DNA from: Camelus ferus
Taxonomy: Eukaryota
NCBI RefSeq assembly: GCF_009834535.1
Contig: NC_045697.1
Span: 6,140,001-6,204,000 of the forward strand
Direction of reading: 5' to 3'
DNA: 64,000 nucleotides
In this document: positions 13,181 through 25,700 of the stretch, one piece after another
How positions within the stretch are numbered: the first letter of the stretch is position 1
How the letters are laid out: each line of letters starts with the position of its first letter
The notes under the pieces: model-generated
The model's input: the letters and a program-made list of their open reading frames with translations, nothing else
Database searches by the model: none
What the model was told of the DNA's origin: nothing
Made by a program: the position numbers and the translations under genes

Positions 13181-13822
13181 TGTTAGAGCAGGCAGACAGC
13201 TATGTGAGCAGAGAAAGGGGGACTCAGGCCAAACGGCGGGAACTGGGCAGAAAGGAGGGGCACGGGCTGAATGCAGGAAACCATGCGTCATGTAAACAAC
13301 AGGGGTTGCTGGGCAGAGAAAGAGAAGCAGGAAGCTCTGGGCTGATAAGCGGTCACACATTCTGGGGGGTGACAAGCAGTCTGAGGCCAATAAAGAAAGG
13401 TTGGAAAAGGCAGGAATCTCCGGTGTCTGAGTGTAATCTTTTGCTCATTATGCCCTCATTTTGATAAAATTAGCCTTGCAGATTAGAAGCACCCATCATG
13501 CACTCATGCCATGACACTTCCGATCCAGACTAAATAAGGACAAAAATCCCTCCTCCTTTCGGAAAGGAACAGTTGGGATGAAAATCAGGAAATACAACCC
13601 CAAACCCTTCCCTCCCCAGTGAGTATTCTGCCCAATCGTTTTGACACTCTGTGTAACCAACTTGCAAAGAAACACCGGGCAGCTGCTCACCGGGGTCCGC
13701 CCGCTCTCCCCTTGAGAGTGTACTGTAAATCCCTTCATAAATCCCCACTTCACTTTCTTAACCTAAGAGTCTCATCTCTGAATTCTTTCTGCGATGGGAC
13801 AAGAACCTAGTCACCGGCAACA
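13181..13822 (+). mobile_element. ERV1 solo LTR (MER41/MER50-like) inserted in a MIR
   Basis: TG...CA termini (tgttagagcaggcag...aagaacctagtcaccggcaaca), near-matching 4-bp flanks gttc/gtac, and MIR halves on both sides. Confidence 0.75.
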
Positions 13823-14019
13823 GTACCAGGTTCAAATGAGGAAAATGAGGCACAGAGAGGTTAGGCCACTTTCCCAAGGCAGAAGCAAACCATCTGAGAT
13901 TTATCTGACTCAGCAGGTTAAAGCTTTTAAGGAACTTTCCCCAGGAGGTGTAAATCAGGGTTACGGCCACAGGGAAGAAGGAAACAAACAAACAAAAGTG
14001 CCACAGTGTCCACATGCTG

Positions 14020-15260
14020 CCACTGCGTACCTAGAAAACCTAAGCAAATAGAAATGAAAATTCTTAGAATTAATTTGGGAATTTTGCAAAGGCAAAATTA
14101 TTAATTATTTAATTAATTAGCAGAAATCATCTATGAAAATCACAATAGGAACAAAGCATGGAATACCTAGGGATCAGTTTGGTAAGAAAGATGAGTTCCG
14201 TGAATGACTACAACTATCAAACTATATTAAGGGGTGTTAAAGAAGGTTGATTCGACCTTTGGAGAGAGATGGTCTGGGCAGATGGTAAACAGCGTAAAAA
14301 TGTCAATTCTTTGCAGATTGGTTATAGGTTAAACCTATTCCTTTCTTTTTTTGAATCAAAATGAAGTATTGAGGTAATTTCTGCAATTCAAAGATTTCAG
14401 AGTGCAATCCGTAAAGTGCCTTCTGAACTCACGCTGAATTCCAGTATCTCAGAAATAAAGAGTGAGTCCTCCGGGGCACTTGAGTGAGTTCCAGGTTTCA
14501 TTTCAGACACGGCCGCCTAAGCAGAGAGATTCCTTCTGTTTGGCTGTACATGGGCACACTCAGATCCAAACCAATTTATTTAAAACAAAAATTGCTACAC
14601 AGTTTAAAAAATTTTTAATTGTGAAATATACTATAGGTTTAGAAATATCTTTACTATATAATATATACACACATACATATATATATACAGTTTTTTTAAA
14701 TAATTGAATGAACACCCTTGAGGCCACCTGGGCAGACTCTTAAGGAGGCCCTATGATCTGGGTTTTGTGTGCTTGTGTGACCCGTTGCCTTGAGTTTGGT
14801 AGAACCTATAACCTGCTTCTAGATATATGAGATACAGCAAAATATAAAACCGCTTCTTAATATATCAGGAGCTCACCCCGACACTCCCAAGACTAAGAAA
14901 TGCATATATGGAAAAACAGAAACAATAAATAGATTTAAAACGACCAGCCTTGTTAATGCCAGTTGAATTGCGGTGCTGTATCGGCCAAGTGTGGTTTGGA
15001 GCTCGGATGAGTCATGGCACCCACAGTTGACGGGAGTGGAATGAGACAGGTACTCGCTCACTGTGGAGAGGAACGCAAGTCAGTAGAATGTTGTTGGAGA
15101 GCAGTTTGGCAAAACAGTCCCTGTCTTAAAAGCGTGCATAGGCTTTGTTGGGGTTATTCATTTTTAATAACCTGTCCAAAGGCAGCCATCCTCAAGGCAA
15201 TGGCTGATGTTAAAACATGTGCATCAAGACGTTTGGTTGGGCCAACACTGGAAATCTGAA
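14020..15260 (+). mobile_element. Highly degenerate ancient LINE-1 fragments
   Basis: tacctagaaaaccta, gaatacctaggga, aaaatgtcaattctt and tggagagcagtttggcaa are L1 ORF2-type motifs. Confidence 0.55.
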
Positions 15261-16117
15261 ACCAGCCCCAAACGCGGAGGGCAGGGAGAGACCCAAGAAA
15301 AAAGCAGACCAGATTGGTAGGTGGCAGGTTCAATGAGCAAGAAAACTTACGAGGCATCTCTTCCAACAATTACGGGAATGATTACATAAATTACGGTCTA
15401 TCCATCCACTTGTTGAATAAGATGCAGATATTGAGATGATGTTTTCTTATAGCTTTTAATGACAAAGATAAACTCTTCTGGCTGTAAGTTAAACGAGTGG
15501 AAGACTGGGATCCTTAGCAGCCTCTTCCCGCCAAACAACAGCCGTTCTTCAGCGGAGCTGGAGAGATCGGGGTTAAACCCTAGTGGCACCGCCTATTTGC
15601 GCTGATCCTTCTGAGCCTCAGGTGCGCTCCTAGTTTGTTTTTAGAATCCAATGATATCACAGAAGCAAAACAGCCTTGCCTATTCTAGACACTCAACGAG
15701 TGTCACCTGCCTCCTTTTTCAGTTAATAATGCTGAACATGCGGATTACAACCCAGGGAAAGAAGATGGAACCAAAAATCATTTACAGACTGATTACAAGT
15801 TTAAAATACCTATTTGTCCACTTAGAGTTAGAAAGATAGAAAGAGTTGGTTTTAATTTTTAATTAAAAAAAAAAAGCAGAGAAGACTTATCTGTTTGTAT
15901 TTCCACGAGAGTGAGGCTTCTGTCTGGGATAGAGGCTGTGACAATCTTGTTCACATGATCCCAGCACCCAACCTTAACAGATGAGAGAACTCACATCAAT
16001 CTTACTCCCTAGTGACAGTAAATATCTTGTTGTGCTCCAACCCAGACGGGAAGTGGGGTGTGGTATGTTCTGGGGGATGACAATAGCCCCTCCCTTATCA
16101 TCCACACAGCCTACATC

Positions 16118-16945
16118 ACTGGTGGTCAACCTTCAGTGCGCACCACCGACATCGGGGTTGCAAAATGCAGATTCCTTGGCGCCTGTAATGAGATTCTGAT
16201 TTGGTAGATCTGGAATGAGGCTGGAAATATGCGTGTGTGAATTATGTAGTAACGTTTGTAAATCGTAAGCACAGGGCTCAGTGCATATTTACATATCTAT
16301 ACATATGTGGTCTGTCCGTCTACCATAGTATGCCACTTACCTAGTGCTCTCCATATAGGTACATAGCTATGTGTTTTCCACATACGTATATACCTGCATA
16401 ACCTCTATTCAGATCAGGATACAGAGCAGTCCCAACACCCCCAACGCCCTTTCCTAACCAGTAACTGCCGCCCCACTCCACCTCCGATGGCAGATCACCA
16501 GTATTCTAACTTTTGTTGACACAGATTAGCCTGTGCTGAAACTTCCTATGAAGGGAACCACATGGTACTCTTCTGTGTCTAGGTTATCCTGTTCAGCATC
16601 ATGTGTGTGAGAAGAATCCCGCGCTGTTGTCTGTGTCAGGAGTTCATTGACTTCTATCGTTGAATGTGGATAAACCACAATTTATTCCCCTGTTCTCCTG
16701 CTGAGGGGCAGCTGGGTGGATCCCAGTTTGGGGCGTTTGTGAACAGCGCTGCTCAACTGTTCTAATCCAGTCTTTTGTGGAACACACATGCTCCGTGCTC
16801 TTGTCTACACTTAGGAGTGGGGTTGAGAGGCTAGAGGGTGAGTTTGGGTTTAATTCTGGGAGACACTGCCACACAGTGGAATCCACAATTTTATGTGGAA
16901 TTGCTGATGCGGCTGGTCTTGGACCACACTTTGAGAAATACTGTT
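16118..16945. mobile_element. MER5A split by an antisense L1M 3' fragment (about 16240-16870)
   Basis: aaatgcagattccttgg..gagattctgatttggtagatctgg on the left and gctgatgcggctggtcttggaccacactttgagaa on the right, with reverse L1 3'-UTR motifs between. Confidence 0.7.
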
Positions 16946-18184
16946 TCTCTGAAAGCCCGATTTTGCAAACAAACATATGCCCTTCATCTCCCCTTTCCTC
17001 GGGGCACAAGGTGGGATGAGCTTGCTGACACTGAGACGCCAGCTAGGTGATTTGGGGAAGAAGTGAGAATGAGAAATTAAATGAATACCATCCCTGAGCA
17101 TCACTTTGGGACAAATCTTTGCCATTTACTCTTTTGCCTGTTGGAAAGAAGTGGAGAACAGGGAAACTTTGATAAGTTGGGAAGGTGAGAAGCCAGGTCC
17201 CTGTGCCTCACCAACCAAGCCCTCTCCCACCCCAACCATGAACCTGAATAGGGTCCATTCATCTGCTGGTAAAAAGGCATCTGCTGGGGACCTCGAGTTA
17301 TCCCTGTGGGGAGCGACTGACTGTCTTCTGTCATCTTAAACGAGATCATTGCACAGGCGTTTCCTCAGTCCTGGCGGCCAGCCCCTGCTCTTAACAAAGG
17401 CATGGCTTGCAGGTGATGAAAGAGATGGCGTTCCTCCTGCTGGGCCCAGTGGGTTTGACGACAAATACCAACCGTCCTCTTCACGTGACTCTGGCTGTTT
17501 TAACATAGACCCAGGCAGCCCCTCCATCAGAAAGCCAGGAACCAGGGCATCCTGCTGGCAGAGTCTGGAAGGAAGGCCATCCTGGTGTGTTGACCATACT
17601 TGGCTTCCTTGGTCCCTCCGCCTGTTCCTTCTCTCCGTTTTCCTTCCCTGTTCCCGTGTTTCCTGCAGGCTGGCTCTGTGATCGCAAGCTGCTCTCTGCT
17701 GTTCTTAGCCCAGCACTCCAACCAGGGACTCAGGCACCAGAGCAGCAGGCTGGCTTCCGAAATGGGAAAAGGGCGTCCACATGGAGTCGGTGTGAAAGGA
17801 ACTAGGCTCTGACATCCGGGATCTCATGAAGCCGGAAGAGGGAGTTGGAATCCCCCCACCTCCAATCCCAACTGGATCTGATGTCCTCCACCATCACCCT
17901 CCTGCCCTGAAATCCCTGGTCTAAACTCCCCTCCAACAAACTGTCAGTGCCACGAAACAAGACAAACCATGTCTGTCTTACCTCACGGCTGAGTGTGTTA
18001 CCTGGAACATAACAGACGACCAGTAATTATTTACTTGAATAAATGTGTGAGCAAATGATTGAGTGGACTTTGAATTAATGAATGAATGAAGTGAAGAAAC
18101 CATCTGATTTGTATTCTTTTTAAGATCACAGAGTTGTAAAGCTCTTCTACGTAAGAACAACATCCTAGCTCTTTCAAAGTACAA

Positions 18185-18372
18185 AAGGGACCCTCTTGTC
18201 CGAACTGGCCATGTCTGGAGATATTTTTAGTTGTCACAGCTGGGGCAGGGACGGCTACGGGCATCTGGGCTGTTGAGGCCAGGGCCACTGCCAAGCGTCC
18301 TGAGATGCACAGAATGGTTCCCAGCAACAAAGACTTGTCCTGTGCCAGTGGTTAACGGTGCTGAGGCTGACG
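18185..18372 (+). mobile_element. MER20
   Basis: atgtctggagatatttttagttgtcacagctgggg...ggcatctgggctgttgaggccaggg. Confidence 0.8.
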
Positions 18373-18825
18373 GAGCTGAGGAAGGTGTCTGTCCAAGCGC
18401 TGGTGCCGACATTGCTTGCTACAAATTTGTTCCAGTTAAAAGAGACTGAAAAACTGAGGAGGACAGGGACCACTTAGAGAAGATTTTACAAGTTATATGA
18501 GCATAATAAAATGTGAAATGACTGCTTTTAAAGATTATCTGACCCAGTGGTTGTCAAACTGCTTTCAGTACAACTATTTCTATAAATAAAATCTTACACA
18601 GAATCTCAATTTATAAAAGTGTTAAGCAGGATATTTATTAGTTAAAATAGTATGATCTAAGCTCAAACATATAGTCAGTGTAGTTTAAAAGTGCAGTTTA
18701 AAAAAACAAGTTAAACTCCAGGTTGAGCACTGAAGCCTTGTATCATGTTTATATCACATGTGGCTGAAGTTTTTTGTTTTTTTTTTAAACTATTACTATG
18801 AAACTTGCTCTTCTAAAAAAAATTT

Positions 18826-18914
18826 GATTCTTTTTGTTGTTAGTGGAGATACTGGGGATTGAACCCAGGACCTCATGCATGCTGAGCATGTGCCCCACCA
18901 CTGAGCTATACCCC
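18826..18914 (-). mobile_element. tRNA-Ala-derived SINE (Vic-1-like)
   Basis: Minus strand reads GGGGTATAGCTCAGTGGTGGGGCACATGCTCAGCATGCATGAGGTCCTGGGTTCAATCCCCAGTATCTCCA plus an A-rich tail. Confidence 0.88.
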
Positions 18915-19059
18915 TTACACCTTGGGTGGAGTTTTATATTGGTCTCAATAATTTCAGTAATCAAACATTTCTTCATTTTGTTTTAATTGCAGAGTTTGAG
19001 AAAAACCTTGGTTCGTGCAGAAGAATTTTAATGTAATAGAGCACAAAAAGTTCATTGAT

Positions 19060-19530
19060 GATGGTTTTGGATTCTACTTTGCAGTTAACCTTTAAGAAAT
19101 TTCCACTTGTTGAGTTTTGGTGTCGTGTCAAAGATGAATAGCCACGATTCTCCAGAAACGCTTTTCAAATCCTTGCCCCTTTTCCAACTGTGTATCTGTG
19201 TGAGGCCACATTTTCTTCAGATACTTCAACTAAAAGATGTATTTCATAGGTTGGAAAAACCAGACATTAAACAGATTTTCCAAAATATAAATCAATAGCA
19301 GTATCATGCTTCCACTATTTTTTCTTTTTTAAGATTTTGGAAAATATATTTTTCTTAAAGGTGTGCTAGCTTATAATGGGTTTTTAATCGTTAACTTTCA
19401 ATTATACATTAATAACCATGGTTTTCTTGGTTCTCAATGTCTAGTGCAGTATATGTCGAGAGAGAGAACCCACGTAAAGCAATCAAAACCTCGTCGGGGC
19501 TTTTAGTAATTATCAAGTGTGAAGAGACCA
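19060..19530 (+). mobile_element. Charlie1-like hAT DNA transposon fragment
   Basis: ttccaactgtgtatctgtgtgaggccacattttcttcagatacttcaac...ccagacattaaacagattt. Confidence 0.7.
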
Positions 19531-21670
19531 CAGGGCGCTGCTCTGGTTACATCACAAAGGGGCACCCGGGGCTCAGAGGTCCAGGCAGGTGACATGAAGC
19601 TCTAGCAGGTTCAGGGTCACACACACACACACGGCACATTCATATAAGGCAGGACCCAAGACCCCCTTTCCAGCATAAGAATCACTTGGAGAAGTATTTT
19701 CACTCCCAAGAGTCGGTTGGTTTGGGGATCAACACAATTATGTTAGTCTGGTGACCAGTGACGAGCAGTAAACATGGAAATCATTGTTTGCAGCAGGGAC
19801 TCAATCCCAGCACATCCTCTTTCCTGCACATGGACGCACAGATGCACTTTTCAAAAACTGATCAAACTGTTCAGATGCACGTTATCTACATGTTCACTTC
19901 AGGGCGGTGCTCTGATCAAAACTGACTTTGTTATATACCCCAAAAGGGGCCCATAAGGGTCAACAGTCTTCTAGTTGAACTTCATCTTACCAACAAAGAG
20001 GAAGGCTTGGAGAAGCTGGTCCTTGCCCCGAGGTCACACGGTGGAGTGATAGAGCTGGGATGGAATCTGAGATCCCTTAGTCCAGCTTTCTCCCCGCGTT
20101 GCCTCTCGAGGGTCAGAACAAGTCTGTGTTCAGCCTGGAACTGGCAGACCAGAAGGACAGGTGTGTGCTGCCCCCTGCAGGTGTTGGTCCTTGCCAGGCA
20201 TTGCTAATGGATTTCAGGTGGAGAAACAGTTCCAAGTCCAGCAAGGTCCTGAATCCTTAATCACCATCCCAGACAATAGGAGCAGCAGGTCTGCAAGAGA
20301 AAATGACACCACCAGTGCACAAAGCTATTGCCCCTGCCTTGCGTGGAGTCCTGAGGGTACTAGGTCCCAGTTGGGTCACTCCTGCAGGCGCAGCTTCCTC
20401 CTCCTCGAACCAGGACCGTGACATGGGACTTAGGCTGTGAACGCAGACCCCCAGAAGTCTGTTAGCTCAGACGTGGCTTTTTACTTCCATGCTTGGCTTT
20501 CTGTTTTAAAGTCTGTGAGTACAAAGGCTCCTCCTTGAAATGAGTAGAGTCTTGGGTGTACCCAAGTTCTGCTGTAAAACGCCTGATTACGTGAGTGAAG
20601 GGACTGAGGGAGGGAGGGGAGGTGGCCCCGGGCGGGCTGGTGAGCACCCTCCTCTCCCCCCAGCCCCATAGCCCTTCTCCAGATGAAAGCCCTGTTTTAA
20701 ATCCCGAGCCTGGCATCTCCTCTCATAGCTGTGGTCACTGTGTACACATCATGCAGTGACTTACTCCTTAGTCATGTTTTTTGGAAACTTTCCCATGTGT
20801 GGACACATAATTCCATTTAAAAAAAATCATACCAAGCATCAGACATAGTTACACATCTTTTTGTTTGGCATTTGCCATGGTTAAAATTTTATGGTGGCTT
20901 TTCCCCCCTTCAATGCAGATTTCAAGTCAAGTATACCAATATTTTCCTCCCCGACCATTTATGTCATTCTTAGAAACACATTTGTATGACTATACAAGGA
21001 CCCATGCTTTCCTTCCAGTACTCAAATTCCATTGTTTAAAATTCAAAACTTGAATCAACTTTTAGATCTTGCATCTGGTGTCAGGATAGACAAGCAAGCC
21101 TACTTTTTTCAGGTTGTTATCCACTTTTACCCAGTTTGAGTAGTAATTCCTCCATTATGTGAAAGGTACCTGACCCTGGAACAAATCCGTCCTGGACTTT
21201 GTGTCCTGCGGTGGCCCCAGCTTTAGATATTACAGACTAACATTTCATTCTTTTCCTTTTTTAGCCTTTTTTTTTTTTTTTTTTAAATACAAGAGCTGTA
21301 GAAGCAATATGAGAACAGAAGGGGGACACTTTCTATTGGGACTGCAAATTTATGGACAACTTTATGATGTCTTTCTAGCCAAGAATAAGACAACCTTTCC
21401 ATTAATTTGGATGCTTGGGAATTCTGTTTTTTTCAACATCAAAATGTGCGGTATTCCTTACTTTTGATGGCAGTACCAGAGGGGTCACGAGCTGCCACAG
21501 AACTTGAGTCAGGTGGGATCTAGACAGAGAAGTGGAGTGAGGTGGCCCAGGTCACACTGTGACTGGGCAGTAGGGAGGCGAGTGGGCTCCCAGAGTCCGC
21601 AGCTTCCAACGTCCCCCGTCCCATGTGTCCCCATCACAAAGTCAGCAACCCACAGTGAGGAGAAAAGGTA

Positions 21671-21676
21671 TTTAAT
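21671..21676 (-). terminator. Most distal candidate polyadenylation signal ATTAAA
   Basis: ATTAAA followed by U/GU-rich sequence (TGTGGGTTGCTGACTTTGTG). Confidence 0.45.
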
Positions 21677-21812
21677 TAGTTCTTGGTCTAATGTCTTAAA
21701 GCGCTCAAAGTGTTTTCACAAGTGCAAGGGGAGGGACAGCTCTCAGCCAACAATTTACCAGTGATTCCGACACACGCAAAGAAACTCCAAGTCACCTTGC
21801 TTTATACTTACT

Positions 21813-21818
21813 TTTAAT
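21813..21818 (-). terminator. Distal polyadenylation signal ATTAAA with downstream GU-rich element
   Basis: ATTAAA followed about 30-45 nt later by TTTCTTTGCGTGTGT on the minus strand. Confidence 0.6.
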
Positions 21819-22349
21819 TTCTGCACTGGAAAAGAAAAGGAAGGTGTAAATGAGGACAGGTTAGTTTACAGTGACTCCATCTTTGCCTTTAAATTAATCT
21901 TTGCTCTGGGGGGCAGAGAGGGAAAGAAAGATAGAAAGACATCAAAGCACAAGAGTCAAACGGTACCAAGAGGCCTCGTCTGGCTACCGAGGGATCCAAA
22001 AGCCTGGAGGCAGCGCCGTAAACACTGACAGGCATCAGGTAGGATACATTAAAAAAAAAAAACAAAAAACCCAAAACAGAACAAATCCCACAACTCCATT
22101 CTTAAAATCAAGCACAAAAACGGACAGTGAAATGCAGGTTGTGTGTGTCCCCCGGGCCGGAACCGAGCGCCATCTGCTCACAGCGCCGGCCCTGCGCCCT
22201 CTTCCCGCAGGCGCGGACACCAGAAGGGACCAGCAGCCGGGGAGCGGGATGAGTCTGTGTGCTTTGGAGGCTCTGCCTCTGGAATGTTCTGCGCGGCCGA
22301 GCAGGGCGGTGGGTTTGAGTCACGCGCCACACGTTGTTGAAGTGCTCAC

Positions 22350-22355
22350 TTTATT
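22350..22355 (-). terminator. Proximal polyadenylation signal AATAAA
   Basis: Plus-strand tttatt, about 240 nt after the stop codon. Confidence 0.65.
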
Positions 22356-22595
22356 TTCCATGTGCAAACTGTCACCGTCTAAAGCTTTCAGAAGGACGTG
22401 TACAGACAGGGTCGCCCTGCGGGCCGCGGGCGCTCAGGAGGCGGGGCCCTCCCTCCCGGGGGCAGGGCCGGGGCGGTCACGAGGCGAGGCCCCGCCCCCC
22501 TGGGGGCGGGGCGGGGGCGGACAGAGAGAGAGAGGCGTCACTGTTCAGCTGCGTTCAACCCGAGTCCCTGATTCGGTCAGTCCGAGGAGGGCTCC

Positions 22596-22702
22596 TCAGT
22601 AGGAGATTGTCCACTCTTTGACAGAGGCGTCGTGGGAGGTCGTGACCAGCGTGTGCTCGTCCAGCCAGGCCAGGCTGCTGACGTGGTGCAGGCGGTGCGC
22701 AT
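22596..22702 (-). CDS. WDR1: WDR1 exon 15, coding part (107 nt including TGA)
   Basis: ccccag|ATGCGCAC...ATCTCCTACTGA; encodes [35 protein letters not shown]. Confidence 0.97.
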
Positions 22703-25700
22703 CTGGGGAGAAAGGAAGGGATTTAGGCAGAACCCACAAACTCTGCTCCTAGGGACACCTTGGATCAGAAGATGGGACAGCCTGGGCCAGATCATCCGCA
22801 GGGCCCCAAGAAACCAAACACGACCCTGGTTAACCAGACACCATCCCTCTTCCCAGTGGGGAGAGTCTGGGTGATGGGGCGGGAGGAGGTGCTCTCAGCC
22901 CCGGAACCAGTGACACTGGTCCCAGCAGCATCCTGGCTGGAGCTTCCGGGTGTCAGCACTGTCAGAGGCAAAATTGCCCCTCCCGTCCCCAGAGTAAAAA
23001 ACTTTCTATGCATAAAGCAACAACATACAAACAATGCACGAACAGGACACAGTGTATCTGTGCATTAAAATGGGGCGACAGTGGGGGGAGAGTAACAGCT
23101 CAGTGGCAGAGTGCATGCTTAGCACACACGAGGTCCTCAATCCCCGGACCTCCAGTAAAAAAAATGGGGCAACAATGAATAAAAGGTTGAGAAACACAAG
23201 GCTGGGGGACCCAAGCACAGAGCACCCTAACCTCAGGCCAGTGCAGTCCTGTGACCTGTGACCCCTCAGCATGGACTTCCCACTCTGCCCTGTGAACTCC
23301 TGCTGCGTCTTGAACTTGCTCAAGTTTTACTACAAAACTGCTGCTTTCCACGTAGACCAGGACGGCCTATCTGAGTCTGTTCCGCTCCCGCCTCCGTCCT
23401 GAACTGGCCGCCTGCCTGCATGGTGCCAGCTCGCTGGGGCCCTCCCCCTCCCACTGTAGCATGCATGGGAAAGAGCTCTAGGGGGGTTGACACTGGACTG
23501 GATCCCATTTCTGGTTAACACAAAAGGCTGCCTGCCGGATAGAGAATGGATGAGAAGGGACCAGACCCCATGTAGTGGGGCGGCAGGCAGCAACCCGGGG
23601 ACAGGAGGATCTGAGACCTACCCTGGACGGGTTGTGGTCCCACCCAGGGCCGCGAGCCACCTGTGGCCACGGAGCCCTTGAAGTGAGCTACTGTTACATG
23701 TGAAAATAATGTATTGAGTTAAATAAAATTTACTATTAAGAATAATTCCACTGGTTTCTGTCTAAAACGTAACTGCTAGAAAAATGTCAAGTCCATACAT
23801 AGTCACGTTATACTTTTATGGGAGCTGCAGTCCTAGAGACCAAGAACCTGGTCATGAGTTTAGACTGAAGGGGTTGGGGTGGGTGGGGAAAGGGCAGTGC
23901 TGTGGTCTGACTGTTGGTGTCCCCACCAAAATTCCTAAATTGAAAACCTAATGTCCAAGGCAATGGTGTGGGAGGTGGGGCCTTCAGGACGAGCCTAAGT
24001 GACAAATGGGATTAGCGCTTTTATAAGAGAGGCTCCTTCCGTCATGTGAGGACACTTCATAAGAAGTCTGTGACCTGGAAGGGGACCCTCCCTAGCCATC
24101 CGGGAACTAGATCCTTGACTTCAGCCTCCAGATCCATGAGGAGATTTCTGTGCTTTATGAGCTGCCCAGTGTGGGCATTTTGATAGGAGCCTGAACACAC
24201 TAAGGCAGAAGGAGGTGTTAGGAAAAGCCCTTTGCTCAGCGGGTACCCTGGGTATGCAGACCACCTGCTCTCATGCTGGACACACGGGCGCCCTCGGTCC
24301 CTCTGCAAATCCACATGGACCAGCAGAGCTGATGTTTGCTGGAGACCCAGGCCGCCACGAAGCCACCCCCGCAAAGCACAGAAGGGACCTTGGGGCCTGA
24401 GAAAGCCGCTCTGGAGTTGTCTGGGGAGCCGAGGCAGGTACACGACTCACCTTGGATCTTGACCCTGGTCTCAGGGTCACTGAGGGTCCACACGTACACC
24501 ATCATGTCCATGCCACCTGAGGCAAAGTGCTCGTTGTCTGGAGACCAGGCCAGGCAGACGATCTTTGCATGGTGTCCATAAAAGACGTTGTTCTCCTGGA
24601 TGTGGGTTGAAATCAGGCAGGTGGTCAGGGTTCAGGCAGAGTCAGTGGGTGTCACCTCCTCTAACCCTCCCGGTGACAGTAACGAGAGCCAGCACGCACG
24701 GAATACTTTCTCTGTGCCAGGCTCCTGAAACCCTCACCACCTCACAAGCTCCTTGTAACCACCCCAGGGTGCCCGCTGTGCGGAGGCACAAAAAGGTGCA
24801 ACCAGAGATCAACCAGCAGCCCACAGGCCCCCAGAGCTGCCCTCGCAGCCTGTATCACATGGGCTTCACGTGCCCACTTGCCTGCGGAGCTCTGGGCCTA
24901 GTAAGAGGACAGATGGAAACGCAGGAATGGAGGCAAGGAGGTCCTGCCTGGCGTGGACGGTGCTCCGTTCATGTGTGAGCGGGATGGGGGTGGGCGCCTC
25001 TCCCCGCAGACACACACCTCCTCACCCCGGAGCCTGGGGGTGGGCCTGCAGGCGAGGGGCGGCCCCCTGTGCATGGCTGTGTCTACAGCGTGTCCCAGCC
25101 TCAAGGCAGCGCCTTACCACAGGGGGTGGGTGTGGAGAAGTCACACTGTCTAACTTAAGCTTTAGGAACGCTTCTACTGCAAAGCATTTGTCTTGTTCTT
25201 AATTCCTAGATTCACCACGACTTTCTTTTTCACGTTTGCCTCTTCCATCTCCTGTTCTACTCCTGCAGGTTACTCAGCCTGTTACATGCATTTGTCACTT
25301 AAAATGTGATAAATGCAGAACCTGAGAACTGTGCTACGGAGGTGGAAGGGAACCTCCTGGGAGGTCGGAGGTTCTTCACACTGATGGAGGTGTGGATGGG
25401 AGGTGCGGGCACAGGGATGCGTATACTTCTGTCCACGTTTGTTTTTCGTTTTATGTAAACTTTATAGACAAAGATAGAACTAAGGAACCACCGAACTCTA
25501 ATTAATAATATGTAAGCTGAAGTGTTAATGGAGAAATGTACAGATGCCTATAATTGACTTTAAATGCACCCAAAATTAGATTATTAGATGGATAACGTGA
25601 CATAGTAAATGGCCAAGGTAGCATCCAGGTGGTAAATCCTTTTGACTCTGCTGTCCATTTCAAACTGTCCTAAGTGTCCAAGGACTAGAGGACTGTCCAT

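Larger units (their letters stand above)
21650..22595 (-). other. WDR1: WDR1 3' UTR (distal end approximate)
   Basis: Non-repetitive sequence after the stop, containing minus-strand AATAAA (22350-22355) and ATTAAA (21813-21818, 21671-21676). Confidence 0.7.

Noticed and set aside
18844..18914. Apparent tRNA-Ala gene
   Set aside because: It has stem mismatches, an A-rich tail instead of a Pol III T-run terminator, and two diverged siblings in the window, so it is a SINE.
1..21600. SLC2A9 coding exons expected from synteny
   Set aside because: I recognised no GLUT9-like peptide in any frame; the coding part probably lies beyond the window.
21901..22602. 233-aa plus-strand ORF antisense to the WDR1 3' UTR
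   Set aside because: It has a non-ATG start, includes a poly-A-derived Lys run and GC-rich sequence with few stops, and resembles no known protein.
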